Below, one piece after another: positions 1 to 8,494 of a DNA stretch of 46,422 nt. The position numbers and the translations under genes are program-made. Source of the stretch: Methylococcus sp. UBA6136 (GTDB lineage Bacteria > Pseudomonadota > Gammaproteobacteria > Methylococcales > Methylococcaceae); assembly GCA_002423305.1 (NCBI GenBank), contig DIVI01000054.1, forward strand, positions 15,937 to 62,358, in the 5' to 3' direction. Numbering within the stretch: position 1 is the first letter of the stretch; every line of letters begins with the position of its first letter. Below the pieces are notes generated by a model. That model was not told where the DNA came from. It was given only the letters and a program-made list of their open reading frames with translations, and ran no database searches.

Positions 1-581
1 AGCTCGGCGATGGCAATCGCCCCTGGCCTGAGCAACCGTGGCTGTTCGTCCAGCAGGCTGAGGATGGTGGATTCCAGGCCAACCGTGCAGTCACCCCCTT
101 CCAGGATCAGATCGACCGACTCGCCGAATTCGTCGTGGACGTGGTCGGCACGGGTCGGACTGACCCGGCCGAAACGATTGGCCGAGGGGGCCGCGATTCC
201 ACCGCCAAAGGCGCGGAGCAAGGCCAGCGCTACCGGGTGATCGGGCATGCGGAGACCGACACTGTCCTGCCCGCCGGTTACCTCCAGCGGCGCGTTCCCG
301 CGCTTGAGTATCAACGTGAGGGGACCGGGCCAGAAACGAGCGGCCAATTGTTTGGCGGCGGACGGAATCTCCCGTGCCCATTCCGTCATCCTCTCGGCGT
401 CGCCGATATGGACGATCAGCGGATGGCTGGTGGGCCGACCCTTGATGGCAAATATCCGTTGCACCGCCTCAGGGTTGCTGGCATCCGCGCCAAGGCCATA
501 GACGGTTTCGGTCGGAAAGGCCACCACGCCGCCCTGGCGAAGCTGCTCGACGGCCAGGGCAATATCGGTGGTTATGGGCAT
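1..581 (-). CDS. tsaC: L-threonylcarbamoyladenylate synthase (YrdC/Sua5/TsaC family), C-terminus cut by the window edge
   Basis: Absent from the ORF track because it runs off the window. Reverse-strand translation from the ATG (complement of 579-581) reads MPITTDIALAVEQLRQGGVVAFPTETVYGLGADASNPEAVQRIFAIKGRPTSHPLIVHIGD...IAAPSANRFGRVSPT. This carries the YrdC-fold signatures TETVYGL, KGRP..PL and SAN.FG. Confidence 0.8.
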   Translation of the reverse strand, partial: MPITTDIALAVEQLRQGGVVAFPTETVYGLGADASNPEAVQRIFAIKGRPTSHPLIVHIGDAERMTEWAREIPSAAKQLAARFWPGPLTLILKRGNAPLEVTGGQDSVGLRMPDHPVALALLRAFGGGIAAPSANRFGRVSPTRADHVHDEFGESVDLILEGGDCTVGLESTILSLLDEQPRLLRPGAIAIAE

Positions 582-606
582 GTCAGGGCTGTAAGTCGGC
601 CGGGTG

Positions 607-1002
607 TCAATGCGTCCCGCTGCCCTTCTGGATGAACTCGATTTTGTAGCCGTCCGGGTCGGCGACGAAGGCAATGATGGTCGCACCATGTTTCATCGGC
701 CCGGCTTCACGCAGGACGCTGCCGCCGCGCTGGCGGGTGAGTTCACAGGCTCGGGCGGCATCGTCGACTTCAATCGCGATATGGCCGAAGCCGGTGCCAA
801 GGTCGTAATGATCGGTGTCCCAGTTGTGGGTCAACTCGATCACGGCACTGTCCTTTTCGTCCTGATAGCCGACGAACGCCAGGGTGAACTTGCCTTCCGG
901 GTAATCGTGCTGCCGCAGCAGGCGCATGCCCAGCACTTCGGTGTAAAAGGCAATGGAGCGATCCAGATGGCCTACCCGGATCATGGTGTGAAGGATTCTC
1001 AT
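607..1002 (-). CDS. gloA: Lactoylglutathione lyase (glyoxalase I)
   Basis: The 131-aa ORF reads [26 protein letters not shown]...[25 protein letters not shown]...[11 protein letters not shown]. This is the classic GloA pattern over its full length. Confidence 0.93.
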   Translation of the reverse strand: MRILHTMIRVGHLDRSIAFYTEVLGMRLLRQHDYPEGKFTLAFVGYQDEKDSAVIELTHNWDTDHYDLGTGFGHIAIEVDDAARACELTRQRGGSVLREAGPMKHGATIIAFVADPDGYKIEFIQKGSGTH

Positions 1003-1046
1003 GGTGTTATCGCTTGAGTAGCCGGGGTCGGATAGTCAGGATCGGG

Positions 1047-1592
1047 TCAGTTTGCCGGCGCCTGCATGATGCTGTCGATGTTCCTGTCTCGCAGAAACAG
1101 CCGGACCTGATTGGCGTCGGGGATGGTTTGGTAAGGTCCAAGCTTGACCCGGTACCAGCTGGCATATTCCAGCTTGATCTGTTCCAGACGGGGTTTGAGT
1201 TTCGCGAAGTCTTCCAGTCGGGCTTTCAAGGCCTCGGCCTGCTCCTGACTCCTGAAGGCGCCCAGCTGAAGGAAATACTGGCCCACGACGGGTGTTTTTC
1301 CAAGACGGACCTCCCGCTTCTCGCTGTTGACCTCACTCTCCGGGATCTTTCTTTCCGTGTCCGGGAGTAGTTTGAAAAAGCTGAAGTGTGGTGCCGGCAA
1401 GGATGAATCAGGCAGAGCGGGCGGGGCCGGACTCGTCTGGTCCGACACAGGCAGGTAGCGCGGGAGAATCAGCGCGACCAGACCAGCGAGGATCGCCGCC
1501 GTCACAAGCCCCCATCCTAGGCCCGGAAAGGCGGGTTTGGGCTTCTTCTTTTGCTGAAAACCCGGAACACGATGCTTGAGATCTTTCGCCAT
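1047..1592 (-). CDS. SPOR-domain (peptidoglycan-binding) membrane protein
   Basis: The C-terminus FLQLGAFRSQEQAEALKARLE...YRVKLGPYQTIPDANQV is a SPOR domain, and one TM helix (GWGLVTAAILAGLVALIL) lies N-terminal. I chose the internal ATG at 1592 (MAKDLKHR...), 5 nt past the argS stop. The track start at 1667 would overlap argS by 71 nt. Confidence 0.75.
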   Translation of the reverse strand: MAKDLKHRVPGFQQKKKPKPAFPGLGWGLVTAAILAGLVALILPRYLPVSDQTSPAPPALPDSSLPAPHFSFFKLLPDTERKIPESEVNSEKREVRLGKTPVVGQYFLQLGAFRSQEQAEALKARLEDFAKLKPRLEQIKLEYASWYRVKLGPYQTIPDANQVRLFLRDRNIDSIMQAPAN

Positions 1593-1596
1593 AGGA

Positions 1597-3360
1597 TTAC
1601 ATCGATTCCGGCGCCGAGACATCCAGCAGCGCCAGCCCGTTGGCGATGACCTGCCGGACCGCCGCAATCAGGTTCAGGCGGGCGTCGCGCAGATCGGCAT
1701 CCTCGACCAGGAACTGGTGCGAGTTGTAATAGCCATGCAGTTCGGCGGCCAGGTCGCGCAAATAATGAATCAGGTGATGCGGTGCATGCTGCAGCGCGGA
1801 TTGCTGCACCACCTCCGGATAGCGCGTCAGTGTGGTCACCAGGGCGTTCTCATGCGGCTCGGTCAGTCGGCTCAGGTGTGTCATGCCGTTCGGCAGGTTG
1901 CGCGGCAAGCCCTTCTCATCGAGCTGGCGAAACACACTGCACACACGGGCGTGGGCGTACTGCACGTAATAGACCGGGTTTTCGTTGGTGCGCGAGGTCG
2001 CCAGCTTGAGGTCGAAGTCCATGTGCTGGTCGGACTTGCGCATGACGTAGAAGAAGCGCGCTGCGTCCTTGCCGACCTCGTTGCGCAACTGCCGCAGCGT
2101 CACGAACTCGCCGGAGCGGGTCGACATCTGCACCTTCTCCTCGCCGCGATACAGCACGGCGAACTGCACCAGCAGCACGTCCAGCTTGTCCCGCTCGCCG
2201 CCCAGCGCCTCGATGGCGGCCTTCACCCGGGGAATGTAGCCGTGATGGTCGGCGCCCCAGATATTGATAATGCGATCAAAGCCACGCTCCAGCTTCTGCA
2301 TGTGGTAGGCAATGTCGGAGGCAAAATAGGTCATCTGGCCGTTCTCGCGCACCACCACCCGGTCCTTTTCGTCGCCGAGGCGGGTCGAGGCGAACCAGGT
2401 GGCGCCGTCCTGCTGATACAGGTAGCCGGCCGTCTGCAGCGTGTCGAGTGAACGCTGCACGGCGCCGGAGTCAGTCAGGCCGCGCTCGGAAAACCATTCC
2501 TCATAGTGGACGCCGAATTCCTCCAGATCCTGGCGGATGTCGGCAAGGATGTCGTTGAGGCCGGCGTCGAACACCTCCCGGTAGTCCGTCGAGCCAAGCA
2601 ACTCCTTGGCCCGGCCCACCAGCGCGTCGATATGCAGTTCCTTGTCGCCGCCCTGTGGCTCGTCGTCGGGGATGCCGGCGAAAACCTCGGCCGCCGGTCG
2701 GCGCAGGCGCTCGCCCTGGGCCTTGTGCAGATCAAAGGCGATGGCGCGCACGTACTCGCCGCGATAGCCATTACTGGGAAACACCAAGCTCTCGCCGCAT
2801 TCCTCCAGATAACGCAGCCAGACGCTGGCGGCCAGGATGTCCATCTGCCGGCCGGCGTCATTCACGTAATACTCGCGATGCACCTCACAGCCGATGGCGG
2901 CCAGCAGGTTGGCCACCACCGCGCCATAGGCCGCGCCTCGCCCGTGGCCAACATGCAGCGGGCCGGTCGGGTTGGCGGAGACGAATTCCACCTGCACTCG
3001 CTGGCCGGCGCCGCTGCTGCGGCTCTTGCCGAACTCGTGGCCGGCCTCGTGAATATCGCGGATGACGCCAAACTGCGCCTGCGGGTCGATGAAGAAATTG
3101 ATGAAGCCGGGACCGGCGATTTCGACCTTGGTTACAACGGGGTCTGCCGCCAGGGCGGCGATGATTTTTTCCGCAAGTGCTCTTGGGTTGCTGCGGGCCG
3201 GCTTGGCCAGCGTCATGGCCAGATTGGTGGCGAAATCGCCATGCTGGGCGTCGCGGGCCCTTTCAATCAGGCACTCAGGTTCCAGTTCGGTGGGCAGATC
3301 CCCATTGCTTTTGAGGATGGCAACAGCATCCAGCAGTAATTCTTCCAGGCGTTTTTTCAT
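1597..3360 (-). CDS. argS: Arginine--tRNA ligase
   Basis: The 587-aa ORF has the class I HIGH-type motif ([14 protein letters not shown]), an MSTRSG (KMSKS-like) motif and an anticodon-binding C-terminus. It is alignable end to end with ArgS by eye. Confidence 0.97.
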   Translation of the reverse strand: MKKRLEELLLDAVAILKSNGDLPTELEPECLIERARDAQHGDFATNLAMTLAKPARSNPRALAEKIIAALAADPVVTKVEIAGPGFINFFIDPQAQFGVIRDIHEAGHEFGKSRSSGAGQRVQVEFVSANPTGPLHVGHGRGAAYGAVVANLLAAIGCEVHREYYVNDAGRQMDILAASVWLRYLEECGESLVFPSNGYRGEYVRAIAFDLHKAQGERLRRPAAEVFAGIPDDEPQGGDKELHIDALVGRAKELLGSTDYREVFDAGLNDILADIRQDLEEFGVHYEEWFSERGLTDSGAVQRSLDTLQTAGYLYQQDGATWFASTRLGDEKDRVVVRENGQMTYFASDIAYHMQKLERGFDRIINIWGADHHGYIPRVKAAIEALGGERDKLDVLLVQFAVLYRGEEKVQMSTRSGEFVTLRQLRNEVGKDAARFFYVMRKSDQHMDFDLKLATSRTNENPVYYVQYAHARVCSVFRQLDEKGLPRNLPNGMTHLSRLTEPHENALVTTLTRYPEVVQQSALQHAPHHLIHYLRDLAAELHGYYNSHQFLVEDADLRDARLNLIAAVRQVIANGLALLDVSAPESM

Positions 3361-3439
3361 TCGGAGGGCGGCGGCGGGGAGGGTGAGTGGGCCGGCTATT
3401 ATCCTTAAAAGCCATCAGCGATGACAATCGCACTGATTT

Positions 3440-6367
3440 TCAAGGAGCTGGATTCGATTCGCCGGCCTGAGCGCGGGCCAGTCGACGCAAATCGGCCTCG
3501 TGTCGTTCGGTCAAACGCTCGATCTTGTGACGTAGCCAGCCGAGATCTTCCCGAAGCAGGCTATTTTCCGGGAACTCGATGGCCAACTTTTCGATGATGC
3601 CGCGGGCGGTTTGATATCGGGCGAGGGCGGCGGTGATGTTTTTTTCCAACTCACGGCTGCGCCCAAGCTTGATGAGAACCGTCGCGATGTCGCGGCGGTG
3701 AATGCCATCGAAAGCCGACTGATGGGCCGGATTTTCGGCGATCAGCAAAAAGCGTTGAAAATGATGATCAGCCTCGGCGGGATCGTCCAGGCCATTCAGC
3801 GTATCGCCCAGATTTTTGTGGCAAAGCGCGACATCTCTCTGCCATTCCGGGTTGTCGGGTTGGAGGTGGGCGGTGTTCTCGGCAATCGCCAGTGCGGTGC
3901 GGTAGCGATTGAGCGCCCCGGAGAGGTCATCCTTGGCGCGCAGGATGTCACCGATACGGTTGTGAGTAGCAGCCGGGGCCCGCGCGAACCGCACCTGCTG
4001 GGGTTGGGCCTCGGCCAGTTTCTCGAAATGGGCGAGGGCATGCTCCAATTGGGTCATGGCCGTTTCGCTGTTCTTCAATGCGATATTCAGTTCTGCCAGG
4101 TCGGCGTGGCTGCTGGCTAGATCGAATTCCAGCGAGCTGTCTTCGGACGCAAGGTGATGAAGTTTGCCGATCAGACCATGAACGGCTTGCTGGCTCTGCA
4201 AGGCCCCCTCCACGTCACCCAGTTCCTTTTGCAGGCTTCCTATCTTGATGTTCAGTCGCAGTGCATCGCGGAGGCGATCCTGTCCCAGGGTTTCCTGCTT
4301 GGCAATGAAGGTCCGAATCCCCAAGCTTTTGCGGTAATGATCCAGTGCCGATGAGGAATCCTTCTGTTCCACCAACAGGTCACCCAGCTGTTCCTGGATG
4401 CGGGCAAAGTCTCGTTGCCGTGCGCCATTTTGTGGATCGATTGCCATGGCTCTGACCAGGTAGGCACTGGCAGCCCGATACCATTGCATGGCGCGTCTGC
4501 TTGCGCCATGCATGAGGTCCAGATCGGCCAGGTGAATGGCCAGACGGATGCGGCCGGTGACTTCTGCGGCACTGTCCTCGGCCTCTATCGGCCTGTCGCG
4601 CAGATCCTCGGTCAGTTTTCTTCCGTGAGCCGCCAGTGCGTCGAGCCGGCGCCAATCCCGGCTGGCATGGCAGGACTCGGCGATGATATACAGGGCCTGC
4701 AGTGCGGATTCTTTTAGCAAGAGTTGTCGGGGAGACACAGTCACCACCTGGTTGATGGCCTTGCCGGCTAACTCATAAATCTGCAGTGCATTATCTGTCC
4801 GTGTTGCCAAGCCATGCTTCACCAGGCTGCTGGCGCCCTCTTCGACATACAGTCGGGCAGCGTCAGTTGACAGGGGGACTTCCTGTGGCTCGTTGAGAAA
4901 AATGGTGAAGAGGTCCTCTTTCCGGTCATCCGCGCTTAAGCCGCTGAGTATCAGGCACTCGGTCAGGAAATCCAGGGGCAGCGGGGTATCCCCCAGCTCC
5001 GCCGCCAGTCGGAGTATGTCTCGGCCCGCCCCTCCCAGAGCCCTCAGGCTTTCGAGAATCATTGCTGCGCAGGCGGTTTCACGGGATTCAGGAAACTGTC
5101 CGGGCCAGTGCTGGCTGAATTCGCTCGCAGGTTTGTTCTTCTTCTCCAGCTTTTGCAGCAGCCAATTGAAGGTGGCGCGGCGATGTCGGCGATGACCCTC
5201 TGCCAGGGCGGCCATCATGGCGATGAACCGCGGATGTCGGCCCACCGCCTCACTTAACCAGTTCGCAGCGTCCATGTCCTCACCCCGTCCGGTCGCCTTG
5301 TTCTGTGTGATGGCGAGGAGTCCGGCGGCCTCATCGAGGATGGGCAGGTGAATGGGTTCTCCCCGATGGTCGTAGCGTGGGCTGCATGTCACGAAAATGG
5401 TTCGGCCCAGCCGAGGGGATTGGTTTTGCGCTGTGGGGGCCAGCCACTGCTGGATGACCGGGCCATTGATGCCTTCGGGAAGATCGTCGACTATCCAGAG
5501 GAAAGGCTGGCCTGCACGGTCGAGAAGGTCCCCTAGATCGGTCATCACTGCGGCAAGGGGACTCTGTTCGTCTAGCTGGGTGTCAGGACTGATTTGGCGG
5601 AGCAGGGATAGCAGTTGAGGCGCCAGTGCGGGGTTTTCAGCCAGTTCCCTGAGTCTGAGCGCAGGTGTCGCCCCGCGGGCCGAAATGCGGAAAATACCGC
5701 CGGGGTAGGCTGCACTGAAACGAAAAGCATATTCGCGCGTCAGGGTGGATTTTCCTAATCCGGGAGGGGCGGAGACCACGATGAAGGAAGGGGAATGCCC
5801 ATGAACGCCCATTGACGGATGAGTCAACCCGTCATGAATATCCCAAAGCTCTCGCTCTCTGCCGGCGAAGAGAACAGGGCCATGAGTCAAGGTGTCATAA
5901 GGTTCGATCCAGCCGGCGTGTGCTTGCGGGTAAAGCCCGCCCAGCGTTCCGTCTAATCGTGCGCAGCATTGATGTAATTTTTCTGCCAGCGCCGGGATGT
6001 CCGGGGTGTCTGATTGATCCGTTGTGGGGGGGATGATGTAATCCCTGAGTTGCAGGGGATAGATATGCTTGAGGCCGGTTTCGGCGTTGACAACCAGAAT
6101 CCGTTCGGGAGTCGAGGTGGCCTCTCGCTGGCGAGCGATCCAGGCCATGGCGAGATGGGTCTGACAGGCCCGCGACCGGAAGAAACCCTCTGAAGCCCAA
6201 ACGAGAAAACTTTTGGATGTGGTGAGTTTGGGGTGCAGGTCGCTGCCGTGCCCGCCTTCATAGTTAAAACAGGACACACCTCGCGCCGCCAGGGCGGCTG
6301 TCAGCCGTTTGACGGTGGCGGCGGATGCCGGGTCATGACAGATGAAAACGTCGTGGGGGCCGGACAA
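3440..6367 (-). CDS. TIR / NB-ARC (STAND P-loop NTPase) / TPR-repeat protein, bacterial NLR-like
   Basis: A TTG start at 6367 has GGAG 9 nt upstream. The N-terminus is TIR-like (DVFICHD...SFLVWASEGFFRSRACQTHL). The STAND module shows FAGRERELWDI, Walker A SAPPGLGKST (Lys codon 5750-5752), Walker B FLWIVDDLPE, TIFVTCSPR and GRHPRFIAMMA. The C-terminal ~400 aa consist of repeated TPR-like units. Confidence 0.85.
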   Translation of the reverse strand: MSGPHDVFICHDPASAATVKRLTAALAARGVSCFNYEGGHGSDLHPKLTTSKSFLVWASEGFFRSRACQTHLAMAWIARQREATSTPERILVVNAETGLKHIYPLQLRDYIIPPTTDQSDTPDIPALAEKLHQCCARLDGTLGGLYPQAHAGWIEPYDTLTHGPVLFAGRERELWDIHDGLTHPSMGVHGHSPSFIVVSAPPGLGKSTLTREYAFRFSAAYPGGIFRISARGATPALRLRELAENPALAPQLLSLLRQISPDTQLDEQSPLAAVMTDLGDLLDRAGQPFLWIVDDLPEGINGPVIQQWLAPTAQNQSPRLGRTIFVTCSPRYDHRGEPIHLPILDEAAGLLAITQNKATGRGEDMDAANWLSEAVGRHPRFIAMMAALAEGHRRHRRATFNWLLQKLEKKNKPASEFSQHWPGQFPESRETACAAMILESLRALGGAGRDILRLAAELGDTPLPLDFLTECLILSGLSADDRKEDLFTIFLNEPQEVPLSTDAARLYVEEGASSLVKHGLATRTDNALQIYELAGKAINQVVTVSPRQLLLKESALQALYIIAESCHASRDWRRLDALAAHGRKLTEDLRDRPIEAEDSAAEVTGRIRLAIHLADLDLMHGASRRAMQWYRAASAYLVRAMAIDPQNGARQRDFARIQEQLGDLLVEQKDSSSALDHYRKSLGIRTFIAKQETLGQDRLRDALRLNIKIGSLQKELGDVEGALQSQQAVHGLIGKLHHLASEDSSLEFDLASSHADLAELNIALKNSETAMTQLEHALAHFEKLAEAQPQQVRFARAPAATHNRIGDILRAKDDLSGALNRYRTALAIAENTAHLQPDNPEWQRDVALCHKNLGDTLNGLDDPAEADHHFQRFLLIAENPAHQSAFDGIHRRDIATVLIKLGRSRELEKNITAALARYQTARGIIEKLAIEFPENSLLREDLGWLRHKIERLTERHEADLRRLARAQAGESNPAP

Positions 6368-6560
6368 AGGGGAACGCTCCTGCCGAGGAAATCAATATTT
6401 TGGGCATCTCATTGTATCCCGAATGTTTCGCCAACGATGAATTGAACCTCCATCGCTGAACGCTTGATGGCCGACCGTCGACAGTTGATCATTGGCTGCA
6501 TTAATCCCCCTTTGATTGTGTATGATTTAGCTTACTTTCCAATCATAAAAGACCCATTTC

Positions 6561-7694
6561 TTGACCCCACCAACCTGGTTAGCGACCCCCAACGGCGAAA
6601 ACTGCCTGAATCTGTCCTTTAGCGGTGACTGGTGCCTAGAGTCCATCGCTTTGATGGATTTGTCAGCACTTCTTGCTGAGTTGAACGAGCGTTCAGGTGC
6701 GCAATCGGTAGTGCTGGATGGGCGCGAACTGGGCCGTTGGGACAGTGCCTTTATGACCTTTCTTCTTGATTTCAAGCAGGGTTGTGCCGCGCACCATGCG
6801 ACCCTCGACATCAGTGGCATGCCCTCGGGGGTGCGTTCCCTGTTGGATCTGGCTTCGGCTGTTCCAGAAAGGGAGGGGGCTCGACGAACGGCTTCCCGCA
6901 GTGTCTGGCTGGCTGAGGTCGGTGAGACGGCTCGCAAGTTGTGGGCGGATGGTCTTTTTCTCACCCGTTTTCTGGGTGAAACGACGCTGGCGGGATTCGC
7001 CTTGATCGTCGGCAAGGCACGCTATCGGCGCGTCGATCTATGGTTGCAAATTCAGGAGTGCGGTCCCTCTGCGGTGCCGATTGTTACCCTGATCAGCCTG
7101 TTGGTGGGGTTGATCCTTGCTTTTGTCGGAGCTGTACAGTTAGCTATGTTTGGTGCCCAGCTGTACATCGCTGATCTGGTTGCACTGGGTATGACCCGTG
7201 AAATGGGCGCTCTGATGACTGCCATTATCATGGCCGGCCGCTCCGGAGCGGCTTTCGCCGCACAGATCGGCACCATGAACGTGAATATGGAGATCTCCGC
7301 CTTGCGGGTCATGGGGTTCGCACCGATGGAATTTCTGGTGCTCCCGCGGATGCTGGCGTTGATTCTGGTCATGCCTTTCCTGTGCCTGTATTCCGATCTC
7401 CTCGGCATCATCGGTGGGGGGCTGGTCAGTGTCGCCTTTTTCGATATTCCGGTCACCCAGTTCATGCATCGAACGGCCGAATCGGTTCACCTGACGGATT
7501 TCTTTATCGGCGTATTCAAATGTGCACTGTTCGGGGTTCTGATTGCTCTGGCGGGCTGCATGCGAGGTTTGCAGTGTGGCCGCAGTGCCTCCGCGGTTGG
7601 CGATGCGGCGACTTCGGCTGTTGTTACCAGCATCGTCTTCATCGTCGTTGCCGACTCCATAGTCACGCTGGTCTGTGACCGGCTCGGTATTTAG
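6561..7694 (+). CDS. MlaE/YrbE-family ABC transporter permease with an N-terminal STAS-like extension
   Basis: The 377-aa ORF starts at TTG. The C-terminal ~260 aa are polytopic with the MlaE-like pattern (ECGPSAVPIVTLISLLVGLILAF...MTREMGALMTAIIMAGRSGAAFAAQIGTM...EISALRVMG). The N-terminal ~110 aa are soluble and STAS-like. Confidence 0.85.
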   Translation: MTPPTWLATPNGENCLNLSFSGDWCLESIALMDLSALLAELNERSGAQSVVLDGRELGRWDSAFMTFLLDFKQGCAAHHATLDISGMPSGVRSLLDLASAVPEREGARRTASRSVWLAEVGETARKLWADGLFLTRFLGETTLAGFALIVGKARYRRVDLWLQIQECGPSAVPIVTLISLLVGLILAFVGAVQLAMFGAQLYIADLVALGMTREMGALMTAIIMAGRSGAAFAAQIGTMNVNMEISALRVMGFAPMEFLVLPRMLALILVMPFLCLYSDLLGIIGGGLVSVAFFDIPVTQFMHRTAESVHLTDFFIGVFKCALFGVLIALAGCMRGLQCGRSASAVGDAATSAVVTSIVFIVVADSIVTLVCDRLGI

Positions 7695-7699
7695 CTCGT

Positions 7700-8494
7700 G
7701 TGGTGGTTGGCATGACGGAAGCCGTGATCACTGTGGAGAATCTGACCATGGCCTATGGCGACTTCCTGATTCAGCGGGATCTCAATTTCACGGTCAATCG
7801 GGGAGATATTTTCGTGGTCATGGGCGGCAGTGGTTGCGGTAAAAGCACGCTCCTGATGCACCTGATCGGGCTGCAGACTCCCGCGAAAGGATCGATTTTT
7901 TATGGGGAGCAGGATTTCTGGCGGGCCAATGCCAGGCAGCGGGAACAGATCATGCGACGGGTCGGCGTGTTGTTCCAGAGCGGGGCGCTCCTGAGTTCCA
8001 TGACGCTGGCGGAAAATATCGCGCTGCCCTTGATGGAGTTCACTTTACTGACATCGCGACAGATCGCCAAGATGGTTTCCTACAAGCTGGCATTGGTCGG
8101 GTTGGCGGGGTTTGAAGACTACTATCCCTCCGAAATCAGTGGCGGCATGCAGAAGAGGGCGGGCTTGGCGCGAGCCATGGCACTCGATCCCGAGATCCTT
8201 TATTTTGATGAGCCATCGGCCGGTCTGGATCCCATCAGTGCCAAGTTGCTAGATGATCTGATCAAAGGCTTGCGTGATAGTCTGGGTGCCACGGTGGTCA
8301 TGGTGACGCACGAACTGGCCAGTATATTTGCGATCGGCACCAACTCCATCTTCCTGGATCCAGAGACCAAGACGGCGATTGCCGCTGGCCCTCCCCGGCA
8401 GATGTTGGCTGAGTCAAGCGATGAGAGGGTCATCCGCTTTCTGACCCGTGATAATCCAAAAGCAGAACTCCCACCATTAGAGGCCATTTCGTGA
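7700..8494 (+). CDS. ABC transporter ATP-binding protein (MlaF-like)
   Basis: It has Walker A GGSGCGKSTL, signature ISGGMQKRAGLARA and Walker B ILYFDEPSAGLD. The start is GTG 7700 or ATG 7712. It lies 5 nt after the permease stop. Confidence 0.9.
   Translation: MVVGMTEAVITVENLTMAYGDFLIQRDLNFTVNRGDIFVVMGGSGCGKSTLLMHLIGLQTPAKGSIFYGEQDFWRANARQREQIMRRVGVLFQSGALLSSMTLAENIALPLMEFTLLTSRQIAKMVSYKLALVGLAGFEDYYPSEISGGMQKRAGLARAMALDPEILYFDEPSAGLDPISAKLLDDLIKGLRDSLGATVVMVTHELASIFAIGTNSIFLDPETKTAIAAGPPRQMLAESSDERVIRFLTRDNPKAELPPLEAIS

Noticed and set aside
135-635. Plus-strand ORFs at the window start (10-240, 135-635, 247-501).
   Set aside because: They are antisense to the edge-truncated tsaC/sua5-like gene, which gives a clean YrdC-family translation on the minus strand. 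The plus-strand products have no recognisable motifs.
1593-1667. Longer version of the SPOR-protein ORF (start 1667).
   Set aside because: It would overlap the argS 3-prime end by 71 nt with an Arg/Ser/Trp-rich N-terminus. The ATG at 1592 gives a typical basic N-terminus followed by a TM helix.
1576-3339. Two long plus-strand ORFs (1576-2451, 291 aa; 2506-3339, 277 aa).
   Set aside because: They lie entirely antisense to argS, whose product is unmistakable. Their translations are Arg/Ala/Gly/His-rich low-complexity sequence typical of shadow frames in GC-rich DNA.
3361-6560. Genomic-island or mobile-element hallmarks around the TIR-STAND gene.
   Set aside because: I found no integrase, transposase, tRNA, flanking direct repeats or obvious compositional break by eye. 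Only the 6368-6560 control region is visibly AT-richer, as is usual for promoters.
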